Shown here in pieces: positions 1-9,136 of a stretch of 35,597 nt of DNA. How positions within the stretch are numbered: position 1 is the stretch's first letter; every line of letters begins with the position of its first letter. Under the pieces are notes generated by a model. That model was not told where the DNA came from. It worked only from the letters and a program-made list of their open reading frames with translations, and searched no databases. Source of the DNA: Deltaproteobacteria bacterium (GTDB lineage: Bacteria; Bdellovibrionota; FAC87; UBA2466); assembly GCA_043776735.1 (NCBI GenBank), contig JAYVQZ010000109.1, forward strand, positions 1 to 35,597, given 5' to 3'. Both the position numbers and the translations under genes were made by a program.

Positions 1-136
1 GTCCTAGTCTCAATCCATTATTTAAGTATAAATATCAACGGAGTAGTCAGTCACGAGCAGTTACCACTATTCACACTCTAAAAGGACCCCGGGGTAAACG
101 AGCGCTTTTTAGAAACTTGAAATTTATAAGAAAAAG

Positions 137-170
137 AGGACCTTAAGTCATACAGGACCTTAAGTCGTAC
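137..170. repeat. Tandem 17-bp direct repeat upstream of the efflux operon
   Basis: AGGACCTTAAGTCATAC (137-153) is followed directly by AGGACCTTAAGTCGTAC (154-170), one mismatch. TTAGAAACTT occurs at 109-118 and 171-180. Confidence 0.85.
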
Positions 171-258
171 TTAGAAACTTACGATAAGAGACAGGGGGCC
201 CGCCCAACGGTTTTAACGATTGGCAAAGCGGGTGTTTTAAATAGGTTGAAGGCGAATC

Positions 259-1563
259 ATGAACGCGCATCACGTGACCTTCAGTTCCTTACTCATCAGC
301 GTCAGCCTTTTTGCCGGTAGCATAAATTTAACGCCGCTCACGTGGGAAGCCTGCTTGAAAGAGGCCGCGGAAAAAAACCCTGATGTCGCCGCAGCCGAAC
401 AAGCAGTTAAGGCAGCCGACGCTCAAGCTAAAGGTGCTTATAGCGGTTTTTTTCCTCAGCTAAGTGCTACTGGTGGATACACCGAGTCTAGTAGTGGTGT
501 TATCACCAGCACGGGAGCAGGCGGAGCGGTGGTTGGCGGCGTTGGATCGGCAAGTAATCAGAAAACTTTTTCTGCAGGAATCACGGCAACAGAAAATCTA
601 TTCAACGGGTTCCAAGATCTGGGCAAAATTCGGCAGAGTAGGGCTAACCTTGAAGTGGCTCGGGCCCAATGGCAGCTGGCCAAAGCAACGCTCAGTGCAA
701 ATCTTAAAACAGCCTTCGCCGAACTATTGTTTGAGCAAAAAAGTGTCGAGCTCACCGCTCGACTTCTAAAACGACAAGAGACGAACCTTCGGCTTGTAAA
801 TCTACGCTTTGAAGGAGGACGAGAGAACAAAGGGAATTTACTCTTCCAGCAAGCCACGGTTTCACAAGCTCGCTACCAAAACGCGCACGCCATACGGAAC
901 GTTCGTGTGGGAATCAAACAGCTTGCAGCACTTCTTGGACGACCGGATACTGAAGAGTTACAGGCGAGTGGTGAACTCGCCGTCCAAGCGCCTCCGGTTA
1001 AGCTCGATGCGCACGCGCTTGCTACGAAGCATCCTACGCACACGCAGGCCTACTTCCAGCAAGCGGCTGCGGATGCTGGAATTATGATTGCCGAGCAGGG
1101 TTGGTATCCGGAATTAAACGTCACGGGTTTCGTAGGAAAAACAGGGCCTGACTTTTTTCCTCAAACCAACCGTTGGTCAGTAGGCGCTCAAATTGTGTTT
1201 CCTTTTTTTCCTGGGACCTCACATATTTTTTCGGCCGAGACGGCACGCGCGCAGAAAAACCAGACTGATCATCAGCTCAGAAGCACCGATTATAAGTTGA
1301 TTGCCGCTTTGGAACAGACCTACTCCGCGGTAAAAGACGCTATCGAAACGGTGAAAGTCTCCTCCGATTTCGCCGAAGCGGCAAAAGCTCGCTCTATTAT
1401 TTCCACAGAAAAGTATAATACAGGATTGATGGCGTTCGAAGACTGGTCGGTGATTGAAACCGACTTGGTCAACCGCGAGCAAACTCTGTTAGTAAACCAA
1501 CGAAATGCCATGCAGGCCGAGGCGAATTGGGAAGCCGCGCAGGGTACAGGGGCTATTCCATGA
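259..1563 (+). CDS. tolC: TolC-family outer membrane efflux protein
   Basis: 434 aa with a signal peptide. LTWEACLKEAAEKNPDV start, two OEP half-repeats (FFPQLSATGGY / WYPELNVTGFVG) and helical tips (LRFEGGRENK, EKYNTGLMAF). First gene of the adaptor/ABC operon. Confidence 0.93.
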   Translation: MNAHHVTFSSLLISVSLFAGSINLTPLTWEACLKEAAEKNPDVAAAEQAVKAADAQAKGAYSGFFPQLSATGGYTESSSGVITSTGAGGAVVGGVGSASNQKTFSAGITATENLFNGFQDLGKIRQSRANLEVARAQWQLAKATLSANLKTAFAELLFEQKSVELTARLLKRQETNLRLVNLRFEGGRENKGNLLFQQATVSQARYQNAHAIRNVRVGIKQLAALLGRPDTEELQASGELAVQAPPVKLDAHALATKHPTHTQAYFQQAAADAGIMIAEQGWYPELNVTGFVGKTGPDFFPQTNRWSVGAQIVFPFFPGTSHIFSAETARAQKNQTDHQLRSTDYKLIAALEQTYSAVKDAIETVKVSSDFAEAAKARSIISTEKYNTGLMAFEDWSVIETDLVNREQTLLVNQRNAMQAEANWEAAQGTGAIP

Positions 1564-2558
1564 TGTGGGCGAGAAGAAAAAAAATTGCCGGCGGCATACT
1601 GCTGATTGCCTTTGGGGTAGGGGCTTACCTGAAAATGGGGAGCAGTCGCCAGCGCGGAGTGACTTATCAACTCTCTAAGGTCACCCGAGGGGAGGTAAAA
1701 AGCACCATTCTTAGTACCGGCGTGGTTGCTCCCGTGAATCGTCTGGATCTTAAGCCGCCGGTTACTGGGCGTATCGAGAAGGTTCTCGTTGCTGAGGGGC
1801 AGATAGTCAAAAAGGGGCAGATACTCATTTGGATGAGTTCTACCGAAAGAGCCGCCCTTATCGATACGGCGAGTTCTAAAGGCCCCGAAGAAATGAAGTA
1901 TTGGGAAGACTCGTACAAAATGACGCCGATACTGGCCCCAAAACGTGGTCTTATCATTTTAAAGAATGCAGACAGTGGTCAGACGGTAACGCAATCCGAT
2001 ACGGTACTCTCGATGTCTGACCGCTTAATGGTAAAAGCCAACGTCGATGAAACCGATCTCGCCTTAGTGAAATTAGGTCAAACTGTGACGCTCCAACTGG
2101 ATGCCTTTCCCAGCAATCCAATGCCTTCCAAGGTCATCCGAATTGGGTACGACGCCAAAACCGTGAGTAACGTAACCACCTATGAAGTGGATGTGATGGC
2201 CGACGACATTCCTGACTTTATGAAAAGTGGAATGACCGCGAATCTGACGTTTTTGATCGCTGAACAAAAGAACGTACTTTTGGTTTCTGCGGCCTCGGTA
2301 CGGCGCGAAAAAGGTAAAACATTTGTACTAATTCCCAATCCGGAAGCTCCGGAGGAACCGCTGCAGAAGGAAGTGAAACTAGGAATCACAGATGGGAAAA
2401 AAGTTGAAATTTTGGACGGGGTCACTGAGGGGCAGGAAATTATGACGGCGGCATTGCGATCGTTTGCAGGGAAACCAGGAGAGCGAGGCAACAACCCCTA
2501 TTCCCCTTTTGGAGGAAGCCCTCCGGGTGGCGGTGGTCAGGGAGGACCTCGGCATTAG
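1560..2558 (+). CDS. macA: MacA-like periplasmic adaptor (membrane fusion protein) with a very short alpha-hairpin
   Basis: ATG at 1560 overlaps the tolC TGA (ATGA coupling). N-terminal TM anchor, lipoyl halves (VTGRIEKVLVAEGQIVKKGQIL ... ILAPKRGLI), beta-barrel motifs (VKANVDETDLALVKLGQ, KSGMTAN) and MP-domain motif (VKLGITDGKKVEILDGV). Confidence 0.9.
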   Translation: MMWARRKKIAGGILLIAFGVGAYLKMGSSRQRGVTYQLSKVTRGEVKSTILSTGVVAPVNRLDLKPPVTGRIEKVLVAEGQIVKKGQILIWMSSTERAALIDTASSKGPEEMKYWEDSYKMTPILAPKRGLIILKNADSGQTVTQSDTVLSMSDRLMVKANVDETDLALVKLGQTVTLQLDAFPSNPMPSKVIRIGYDAKTVSNVTTYEVDVMADDIPDFMKSGMTANLTFLIAEQKNVLLVSAASVRREKGKTFVLIPNPEAPEEPLQKEVKLGITDGKKVEILDGVTEGQEIMTAALRSFAGKPGERGNNPYSPFGGSPPGGGGQGGPRH

Positions 2559-2585
2559 TTAAGCTCGATTGGGTCACCACCACAC

Positions 2586-4544
2586 ATGATTGAAATAAAA
2601 AACATTCATAAGACCTATCGCATGGGCGGGCAAGAGGTCCGCGCCCTTGAGGGCGTCTCATTGAAGATTGAGCCAGGAGAGTTTGTCGCTATTATGGGAC
2701 CTTCGGGCTCTGGTAAATCGACGATGATGCACATCTTGGGACTCTTGGATGTTCCTGATCAAGGTTCCTATCAGCTTTACGGGAAAGAAGTTTCCCAACT
2801 GAGCCAGGACCAGCTCGCCGTACTCCGCAGGAAAGCTATTGGCTTTGTCTTTCAGCAGTTCAATCTTTTGGCCCGCACCTCAGCCCTCGAGAATGTGGCG
2901 CTTCCGCAACTATACTCTCAAAAAAAAAGGGATCTTGAGAAGTCTGGGAGGCATTTGGCTCAGGTAGGACTTGGAGAACGGGTTCACCACAAACCGAATG
3001 AACTCTCCGGAGGGCAGCAGCAACGAGTTGCTATTGCCCGATCCCTTATCAACGATCCGCGCATTCTTTTAGCCGATGAGCCTACGGGAAATCTCGATTC
3101 CAAAAGTGGAAAAGAGATCATGGCCATTTTGCAAGATTTAAATGCTCAAGGCATAACGGTAATTTTGGTAACCCATGAGGAATCGATCGCTAACCATGCT
3201 AAGCGCATCATTAGGATGCGGGACGGATTGGTTCACTCAGACATAAAAAAGTCTAATTCCGAAGTTTTGAAAACTCCACCGCAGACCGTTTTCGAGGTCG
3301 AGGCCGAAGTCGGGACGAAAGTTTTTCTTGGGGAACTTGCGACCCATTTTAGAGAGGGGATTCACTCTCTAATGGCCAACAAGGTAAGATCTGGGCTCTC
3401 CATGTTAGGCATCTTAATCGGAGTGGCTGCGGTAATCGCTATGCTGGCTTTAGGGCGAGGGGCGCAGCAATCGATTGAAGCTCAACTCGCCTCCCTCGGC
3501 TCTAATCTCCTGATACTTCGCTCTGGTGCGGTTCGAGTGGGTGGCGTCTCCATGGACGTTGGCGCCGTTACACGACTAACGGCGGATGATGCCGACAGTG
3601 TTGCTCAAGGGTTCCCAGAAGTTAAAAGGATCGCTCCCGTTGTAAATGGGAAGGGACAGGTTACCTACGGGGATAAGAACTGGAGCACCAGCGTGATGGG
3701 CACGCTTGCTGACTATGCGCCCATGAGAGCCTATGAGCCGCTTATCGGACGATTTTTTGACGCCGAAGAAAATAGAAAGCGAGTTCGAGTGGCCCTTCTG
3801 GGCGTGACAGTGGTAAATCAAGTTTTTGGAGATACCGATCCCATCGGCGAATATATAAAAATAAACAAAGTGGCTTTCCAGGTGATTGGAATTTTACCGG
3901 AGAAAGGGTCCAACGGATTTAGAGACAACGACGACATCGTCATGATCCCCTTGCTCACCGCTATGAAACGGCTTTTGGGTAAGACCTACGTCGATGAAAT
4001 CGATATGGAGATCGGTAAGCCTGAGGATTTAGAAATGGTAGCGGCGGGAGTCAAAGATTTGATGATCAAGCGGCATCGTGTGCCAACCTCACAGAGTGAA
4101 CCCTTTCAAGTTCGTAATATGGCCGACGTTCAAGCGGCTTTGAGCGAAAGCAGCAAAACTATGGGATGGCTCTTGGCCTCCATCGCTGCCATTTCCCTAC
4201 TCGTTGGGGGAATTGGAATCATGAACATCATGCTGGTCTCCGTTACTGAACGGACGCGAGAGATTGGCCTTCGCAAAGCCGTAGGGGCAAGACGTCGCGA
4301 CATCATGTCTCAGTTTCTTATTGAGGCCATGGTAGTAAGTTTATCGGGCGGAATCATTGGAATCCTCTTAGGTTGCGCTATCACTTTTGCGATGTCCTAC
4401 CTTGCCAATTGGGCGACCTCGATTTCATTAGACTCTATCGTACTCTCCACGGTGTTTTCAGCGACAATAGGAGTGGTTTTTGGAATCTGGCCCGCCCGAA
4501 AAGCCTCAGAGCTAAGCCCGATAGTCGCCCTTCGCTATGAGTAA
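2586..4544 (+). CDS. macB: MacB-family ABC transporter, fused ATPase and permease
   Basis: Walker [11 protein letters not shown]-loop GFVFQQFNL, signature [13 protein letters not shown], Walker [14 protein letters not shown]-loop VTHE. MacB permease motifs [17 protein letters not shown] and [28 protein letters not shown]; ends ALRYE. Confidence 0.97.
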   Translation: MIEIKNIHKTYRMGGQEVRALEGVSLKIEPGEFVAIMGPSGSGKSTMMHILGLLDVPDQGSYQLYGKEVSQLSQDQLAVLRRKAIGFVFQQFNLLARTSALENVALPQLYSQKKRDLEKSGRHLAQVGLGERVHHKPNELSGGQQQRVAIARSLINDPRILLADEPTGNLDSKSGKEIMAILQDLNAQGITVILVTHEESIANHAKRIIRMRDGLVHSDIKKSNSEVLKTPPQTVFEVEAEVGTKVFLGELATHFREGIHSLMANKVRSGLSMLGILIGVAAVIAMLALGRGAQQSIEAQLASLGSNLLILRSGAVRVGGVSMDVGAVTRLTADDADSVAQGFPEVKRIAPVVNGKGQVTYGDKNWSTSVMGTLADYAPMRAYEPLIGRFFDAEENRKRVRVALLGVTVVNQVFGDTDPIGEYIKINKVAFQVIGILPEKGSNGFRDNDDIVMIPLLTAMKRLLGKTYVDEIDMEIGKPEDLEMVAAGVKDLMIKRHRVPTSQSEPFQVRNMADVQAALSESSKTMGWLLASIAAISLLVGGIGIMNIMLVSVTERTREIGLRKAVGARRRDIMSQFLIEAMVVSLSGGIIGILLGCAITFAMSYLANWATSISLDSIVLSTVFSATIGVVFGIWPARKASELSPIVALRYE

Positions 4545-4654
4545 GCGCCCACAGATCTCAAAACACGGTAAATACATTGCACTGCGTTACGGTTCTCGAT
4601 AGACCTTCCTTATCGGGTGTTAAAACCGCGTTTCTCAATCAAGGAGTGGAAGTG

Positions 4655-5290
4655 ATGAAGAGGTCCCTATTTGCGATCCTGCTATTGGTCTGTGCGGCTA
4701 GCTATGGAGAAATCAGTGAAATGGATCGGCTGGAGTATCAAAATCGCGCTCACGAGGCCTCAAACCAGAGGTTTTTAGCGCTAGTGGAACTAGGGGGAGC
4801 AAAGAGCGAAACCGCGGGGGCTCAGTTTAGCTACGATATTGCGGTGAAGCTGAGAGCTCGTAATTCGGCGTCCGCTTTTGATTATTCGAATGCTTTGATG
4901 AAGCTCATGCGGTGCAAGTTTGCCGAGCAGCGGGCTCAATTTCATTTGGAGGCCGCCGGGGTCTACGAACAAATTGCCAATCTTAGAAAAACAGCCGTTG
5001 AGACAGGGAGAGAGACCCCTAAAGAACAGGCTGTTCTCAATTTAACCCTCTCTAGGAAACGCCATGCCCTAATTGAGGAACTGGACCGTTCCTTGGTTCC
5101 TTTTGCTAAGGAAATTGAGTTCCAGTTTAATTCTGAAAAAAGTTTGCTGGCGAAAGCGGACGTCAGCGCTGAGGAGTTCAATAAAATGAAATTGGTTCAC
5201 GATGATGTCGTAGGACTAGTCGCCGCAACTAAGGCGGAATTGATTCAAAGTCAGAAGCAAAAAGAGGAATCAGAAAAAGAGATTAAGTAG
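4655..5290 (+). CDS. Secreted all-helical hypothetical protein with two adaptor/TolC-like hairpin-tip repeats
   Basis: RBS AAGGAG at 4641 and ATG at 4655 (GTG 4652 is an alternative). Signal peptide MKRSLFAILLLVCAASYG. Two repeats: YDIAVKLRARNSASAFDY and FNSEKSLLAKADVSAEEF. Confidence 0.8.
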   Translation: MKRSLFAILLLVCAASYGEISEMDRLEYQNRAHEASNQRFLALVELGGAKSETAGAQFSYDIAVKLRARNSASAFDYSNALMKLMRCKFAEQRAQFHLEAAGVYEQIANLRKTAVETGRETPKEQAVLNLTLSRKRHALIEELDRSLVPFAKEIEFQFNSEKSLLAKADVSAEEFNKMKLVHDDVVGLVAATKAELIQSQKQKEESEKEIK

Positions 5291-5386
5291 ATTTTGTCGT
5301 GATTCGAAGAATTGCGGAAAAAACTATCCTGAGGCAGTAGCCAAAGGTTCGCGTGAAAGTCAGCAGAGACTAAGTGTTCCACTGGC

Positions 5387-6625
5387 TTAATTCGCCGCCG
5401 GTTTTGAATAATGGCGCGACAGCGTATCGCAGGCACCTTTGAGCGTCCTATGGTCGTACAATCTTACAAGATCATCTAATTCGGTGGCTCGGGGGCGATC
5501 TAAAGGGTCGTCTCCGAATCTTTTTTCTATCCATCTGGCATGTTTAAAATACGGTTTTAGCTCGCTAATTTCTTGAGCCATCTCTTGCATCATTCGGGCC
5601 ATCAGCAGATCGGAAAGTTCAATCACTCCCTCTTTCTCATCCAGTAGGTTTTTAGGAATACCAGAATGGAAAAAGTAAGGATCCGCTTTAGGATCTTCGT
5701 TCACTAAGAGAGCCGTCTTAAATTTCTTTTCCGAGATACCAGCCCCTCGCAGGATGTAGGCGTGAATGTTAGTAAGGACCGGAGCTTCCCACGGTCCCAA
5801 GGGACCTGCGGCGTTCTCTCCGAAAAGTTGTTTTAGCTCCATCTCAAAGTTTAGTTTCACTCCCTCGCATTTAAGGCGGCCCAACGCAAAGAGGATTTGA
5901 AACTTTTGGTACTGCGGGTGCCTTTTTAAGAGCGCCTTCAGCGCGTCGGCTTGGTACGCAAAAGTAAGAACCGCCAGTTGGAAGTTGGGCCGAAACCGCA
6001 AACGGCCTCGCCTCTTGGTCTCAAAGGGGGTGGCCTGTGAACCTTCCCGTGTTTTGAGAAACCGATAGCGGCCCGTAGGCATGACCTTCTCCCGAAAATC
6101 TTTGAATTGAGCGAGTTCGTCGCCGGTGGGGTAGTCATCGAGAGAACCATAAGCCCCCGGCCACTCGGGATACTTTTCCCAATTAGGTCTGGGGTGGGTG
6201 CTGTGGCAGCTGAGGCAAGCGGATGGATTTTTCTCCGAAAACTGTACCGTAGATCGTCGGCCAATTTCCTGTGGAAAGCTGATCTGACGCATTTCAAACT
6301 GTTGGGTGTCTTGCCGAAACTGCATAACTTCTAGTGCTGCGTAATTTCCTAAATGAGGAGCCCCGGTGAAGGCGATGATGAGTTTGGCGTCCTTTCCAAA
6401 AAGAAGGGCTCTAGGCGCCTGGGGAGACGCCCCTTGAAGGCTCCGAGACGTGTGCATTAGGCAGTAGTGAGAGTTAAACTCTGCTGGCAATTGCTCGATC
6501 ACGTCTTCTATTCGGGTCAGATTGTTGGTCTCAATTAAGGCCTTTAGGTCCTCGTAAGTGAAGCCCCAACCGAGCTGAGACAAGAATATTGCTGCCAGAA
6601 ACGCAAAACGTAAAAACAAAGCCAT
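5387..6625 (-). CDS. Secreted hypothetical protein with one CxxCH motif (putative monoheme c-type cytochrome)
   Basis: 412 aa with signal peptide MALFLRFAFLAAIFLSQLGWG, the CLSCH heme-attachment motif and a GGGGGA RBS-like site upstream. Confidence 0.75.
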   Translation of the reverse strand: MALFLRFAFLAAIFLSQLGWGFTYEDLKALIETNNLTRIEDVIEQLPAEFNSHYCLMHTSRSLQGASPQAPRALLFGKDAKLIIAFTGAPHLGNYAALEVMQFRQDTQQFEMRQISFPQEIGRRSTVQFSEKNPSACLSCHSTHPRPNWEKYPEWPGAYGSLDDYPTGDELAQFKDFREKVMPTGRYRFLKTREGSQATPFETKRRGRLRFRPNFQLAVLTFAYQADALKALLKRHPQYQKFQILFALGRLKCEGVKLNFEMELKQLFGENAAGPLGPWEAPVLTNIHAYILRGAGISEKKFKTALLVNEDPKADPYFFHSGIPKNLLDEKEGVIELSDLLMARMMQEMAQEISELKPYFKHARWIEKRFGDDPLDRPRATELDDLVRLYDHRTLKGACDTLSRHYSKPAAN

Positions 6626-6803
6626 GACCGATATCCCCCAAACGTGAGGGAAATATTCTCGCTCTGCGCCCTGCTAGCGGGCAAGGCGGAGCGCGGTGAA
6701 GTCCTTGATAGCGTTGGGATCGGGGGGCATTTTGAGCGGGCCTAAGGGGCTGCTTGGAATTGCTCGGCCGCTGTGCTAAATCCAACCCTTCGTTGTCAGG
6801 TTT

Positions 6804-6879
6804 GCCCTCATCGTCTAGAGGCCTAGGACAGTGCCCTCTCACGGCACAGACACCGGTTCGAATCCGGTTGGGGGTACCA
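6804..6879 (+). tRNA. tRNA-Glu (anticodon CUC)
   Basis: 76 nt. Acceptor GCCCTCA/TGGGGGT, D-arm TCGTCTAGAGGCCTAGGAC, anticodon stem GTGCC/GGCAC with loop CT-CTC-AC, T-arm ACCGG-TTCGAAT-CCGGT, discriminator A and encoded CCA. Confidence 0.97.
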
Positions 6880-6925
6880 AAAATTATTTCAATCGTTGTC
6901 CAAGGTTTTGTTTAGCGAAAGCGTT

Positions 6926-7504
6926 ATGATTAAATCAATGGTGAATTGGATCCCCTTTTTTTGCATTCTCCTGATTTCGGACAGGGGAGTGGGCGCAGAA
7001 GATAGCCTAAACGTTTTCGGCAAAGACAGGTTTGGGGCGGATGGCGCCCCTTCTAAATCGTCCCCAAGATATTTCGCGCCCAGGACGGATCGTAAAAGTG
7101 GAGTAGGTCTACAGTCGAAAGACGACTGCACGGCCAAGGAGATCGATTCCACCGAAGCCAAAGGAATCTGGAAGCTTCCTGCCGGTTACTGTGAAGCTGC
7201 GGTGACGAAAGCTCACTGCGTCTGGGATGCCATCGAGGCAAGGTGGTCGGTGGTGAAACATGAAAAATCAAAGTTTTGCCGGACCATAAACTACTTAGGT
7301 TTTGAAATAATCACTCCACCAGAATTCTTAGGGCTTGGGGTGACTCGCGTTTTCCCCTTTTTTCTATCAAAGTTATTAGAAGATCATGGACCATTCAATT
7401 CCATTGTCTTGTTGATTCCCTGTAATGGCTCACGAAATGAATTGAAAGAGATCCCTTCAGCAGAAGTGCTTGCTACAGTTAAGGCCGTTAATTGCCCCCT
7501 CTAA
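6926..7504 (+). CDS. Hypothetical Cys-containing exported protein
   Basis: ORF open from 6896 (TTG); ATG at 6926 or 6938 is more likely. Hydrophobic N-terminus ending GVGA-EDS and several Cys. No recognisable family. Confidence 0.55.
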   Translation: MIKSMVNWIPFFCILLISDRGVGAEDSLNVFGKDRFGADGAPSKSSPRYFAPRTDRKSGVGLQSKDDCTAKEIDSTEAKGIWKLPAGYCEAAVTKAHCVWDAIEARWSVVKHEKSKFCRTINYLGFEIITPPEFLGLGVTRVFPFFLSKLLEDHGPFNSIVLLIPCNGSRNELKEIPSAEVLATVKAVNCPL

Positions 7505-7600
7505 CGAATTTAAGTTAACCTAGCGGGCCAGTTTGCAGGGCCGTCTTCTGCTTTCCTTTTTTTCTTACCAAAAACCTCCCATTCCATGATTTAACCACCC

Positions 7601-8830
7601 ATGCTTTTGAGTTATTGCGACCCTCAATTTTGGAAGAAGTTCCAGGCCCAACACTGGCTACCGCGAGTGCCTACCGTCATTCGGCAACCGTTTAAGGTCT
7701 TCCCCTTCTCAGAAGCTTTTCTCCTTGGAGCGTTGAATTCTTTTGAGGAGGGCCTTCGCGGTGGCGACTTACGCGCTCAGTGCCTGGTCTCGGTCGGTGA
7801 TTCGGAACGGGCTCCGCACCCGCCGCTTAAGAAGCTCTTTCGAAACAAAAGCCAATCCCTAGCCCAACTCGAAGAGGCCTGTGACAGAGTATTTCCCAAA
7901 AAGAGATTTGGATTGATGGTCACTAATCTGCAGTCTATCGATCCCGAAATTTGGAGCGCCATCACAACCTTCCTCCAGGATGCCCATCAAGGCATGGACT
8001 TCCACGCTCCACGCGCCTTTTTGGACCTTTTCTATGGGAACTATTTAAGTACCTTCACCGGGCTTCACAAGGACACCCAAGAGATCTTCGCCTTTGTAAT
8101 TAGAGGAGAAAAAAGAATACTGGCCTGGCCGTTTGATTATTTTCTCTCGAAAATGGAGGGGCTTAGTCCCGGAGCCAGGTATCTTCATATGCGGCTTCCC
8201 ATAGACCACAGAAAGTACCGCAAGGATGCGGTGGTTTTGGATGCCCAGGCAGGCGATGTCATCTATTGGCCATCTGACTATTGGCACGTGGCCGAGCCTC
8301 GATCCGAAGGCTCCTCGGCGATGCTCAGTTTGGGTCTCTTTCGGCAGGACGTCGTGGCTCCCCAGCCGGTCCAGGTTCCCAGCGGTGCTCACAAGCTTGA
8401 AAGCGCTCAGCAGTTACGCTGGTTGACCGGTTTCGGTTTTGAGTATGGTGGCCCAATTGTGGAAACTCCTGGCGGAAAGCGCGACGAGCCATTGGGGACG
8501 GTGACGGTGGTAAAGAAAAAAAACAGCCTTTTACTTTGGGCGGTAAACGTCGCTAGCCGTCGGGTATGCGTGGCTACTAATGGCCACTCCGTGACTCTCC
8601 CTCATTCCGCTGGGCTCGTAAATCTCCTGGAACGCATCGCCCAGGGTAAACCGGTTTCCGTTTCCCATTCGCCCAACCGCATGCGCGGTGTGGGCTCCCT
8701 GATCTTTGAAACTAACTGGAACCGGCAATGCGAACTTAAAACGCGCAAGCAGGTGTCTAAGCGCGATCCTGGTTTGTCCCTCGTTGCTTGGCTCCTTCGG
8801 GTTTACGCCGTCGATTTAATTAAAATTTAA
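7601..8830 (+). CDS. JmjC/cupin-like 2-oxoglutarate/Fe(II) oxygenase (YcfD/RoxA-like superfamily)
   Basis: HxD...H facial triad: TGLHKDTQEIFAFVIRGEKR and AQAGDVIYWPSDYWHVAE. Confidence 0.82.
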   Translation: MLLSYCDPQFWKKFQAQHWLPRVPTVIRQPFKVFPFSEAFLLGALNSFEEGLRGGDLRAQCLVSVGDSERAPHPPLKKLFRNKSQSLAQLEEACDRVFPKKRFGLMVTNLQSIDPEIWSAITTFLQDAHQGMDFHAPRAFLDLFYGNYLSTFTGLHKDTQEIFAFVIRGEKRILAWPFDYFLSKMEGLSPGARYLHMRLPIDHRKYRKDAVVLDAQAGDVIYWPSDYWHVAEPRSEGSSAMLSLGLFRQDVVAPQPVQVPSGAHKLESAQQLRWLTGFGFEYGGPIVETPGGKRDEPLGTVTVVKKKNSLLLWAVNVASRRVCVATNGHSVTLPHSAGLVNLLERIAQGKPVSVSHSPNRMRGVGSLIFETNWNRQCELKTRKQVSKRDPGLSLVAWLLRVYAVDLIKI

Positions 8831-9080
8831 TTCAACGCTTGGAATTAAAATTAGCCCGAGCAGTCGTCCCGCTGCCGTTTTCGGCGAGTCGTGCCTAAGG
8901 CTCAGTTGGTTTAGATGTTTCTCCCACGTTCGGGGGAGATTGAAATTCATTAATACGCCAGGGTCTTTATAGATTGTGCTTTTTGCTGATTCCCCACTTT
9001 TGAAGGAAAGGTTGAGGGAAGGGTTTCGTCCATTCTTTCCGATAGGATTAGAGACGTACTAAGAAGACCTTTGAATCCTT

Positions 9081-9104
9081 ATCCTTAATTCTTTCATTAA
9101 GGAT
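9081..9104. terminator. AT-rich inverted repeat between convergent genes (possible terminator or binding site)
   Basis: ATCCTTAAT (9081-9089) and ATTAAGGAT (9096-9104) form a perfect 9-bp inverted repeat about 30 nt past the nuclease stop. Weak stem and no clear U-tract. Confidence 0.3.
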
Positions 9105-9136
9105 GATGGCTCAAGCATTTCCTCTGTGCCCGGCCA

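Noticed and set aside
137-170. Mini CRISPR array
   Set aside because: Only two 17-bp units, no spacer and no cas genes.
7522-7565. Terminator before the cupin gene
   Set aside because: The stem is only about 4-5 bp and is separated from the T-run.
8890-8945. tRNA-like fragment (GGCTCAGTTGGTTTAGA followed by a TCTCCC/GGGAGA hairpin)
   Set aside because: It resembles a D-arm only; there is no T-arm, acceptor stem or CCA, so it is probably chance.
6880-9130. Integrative element at tRNA-Glu
   Set aside because: No integrase, and no duplicated tRNA 3' end found by eye in the window.
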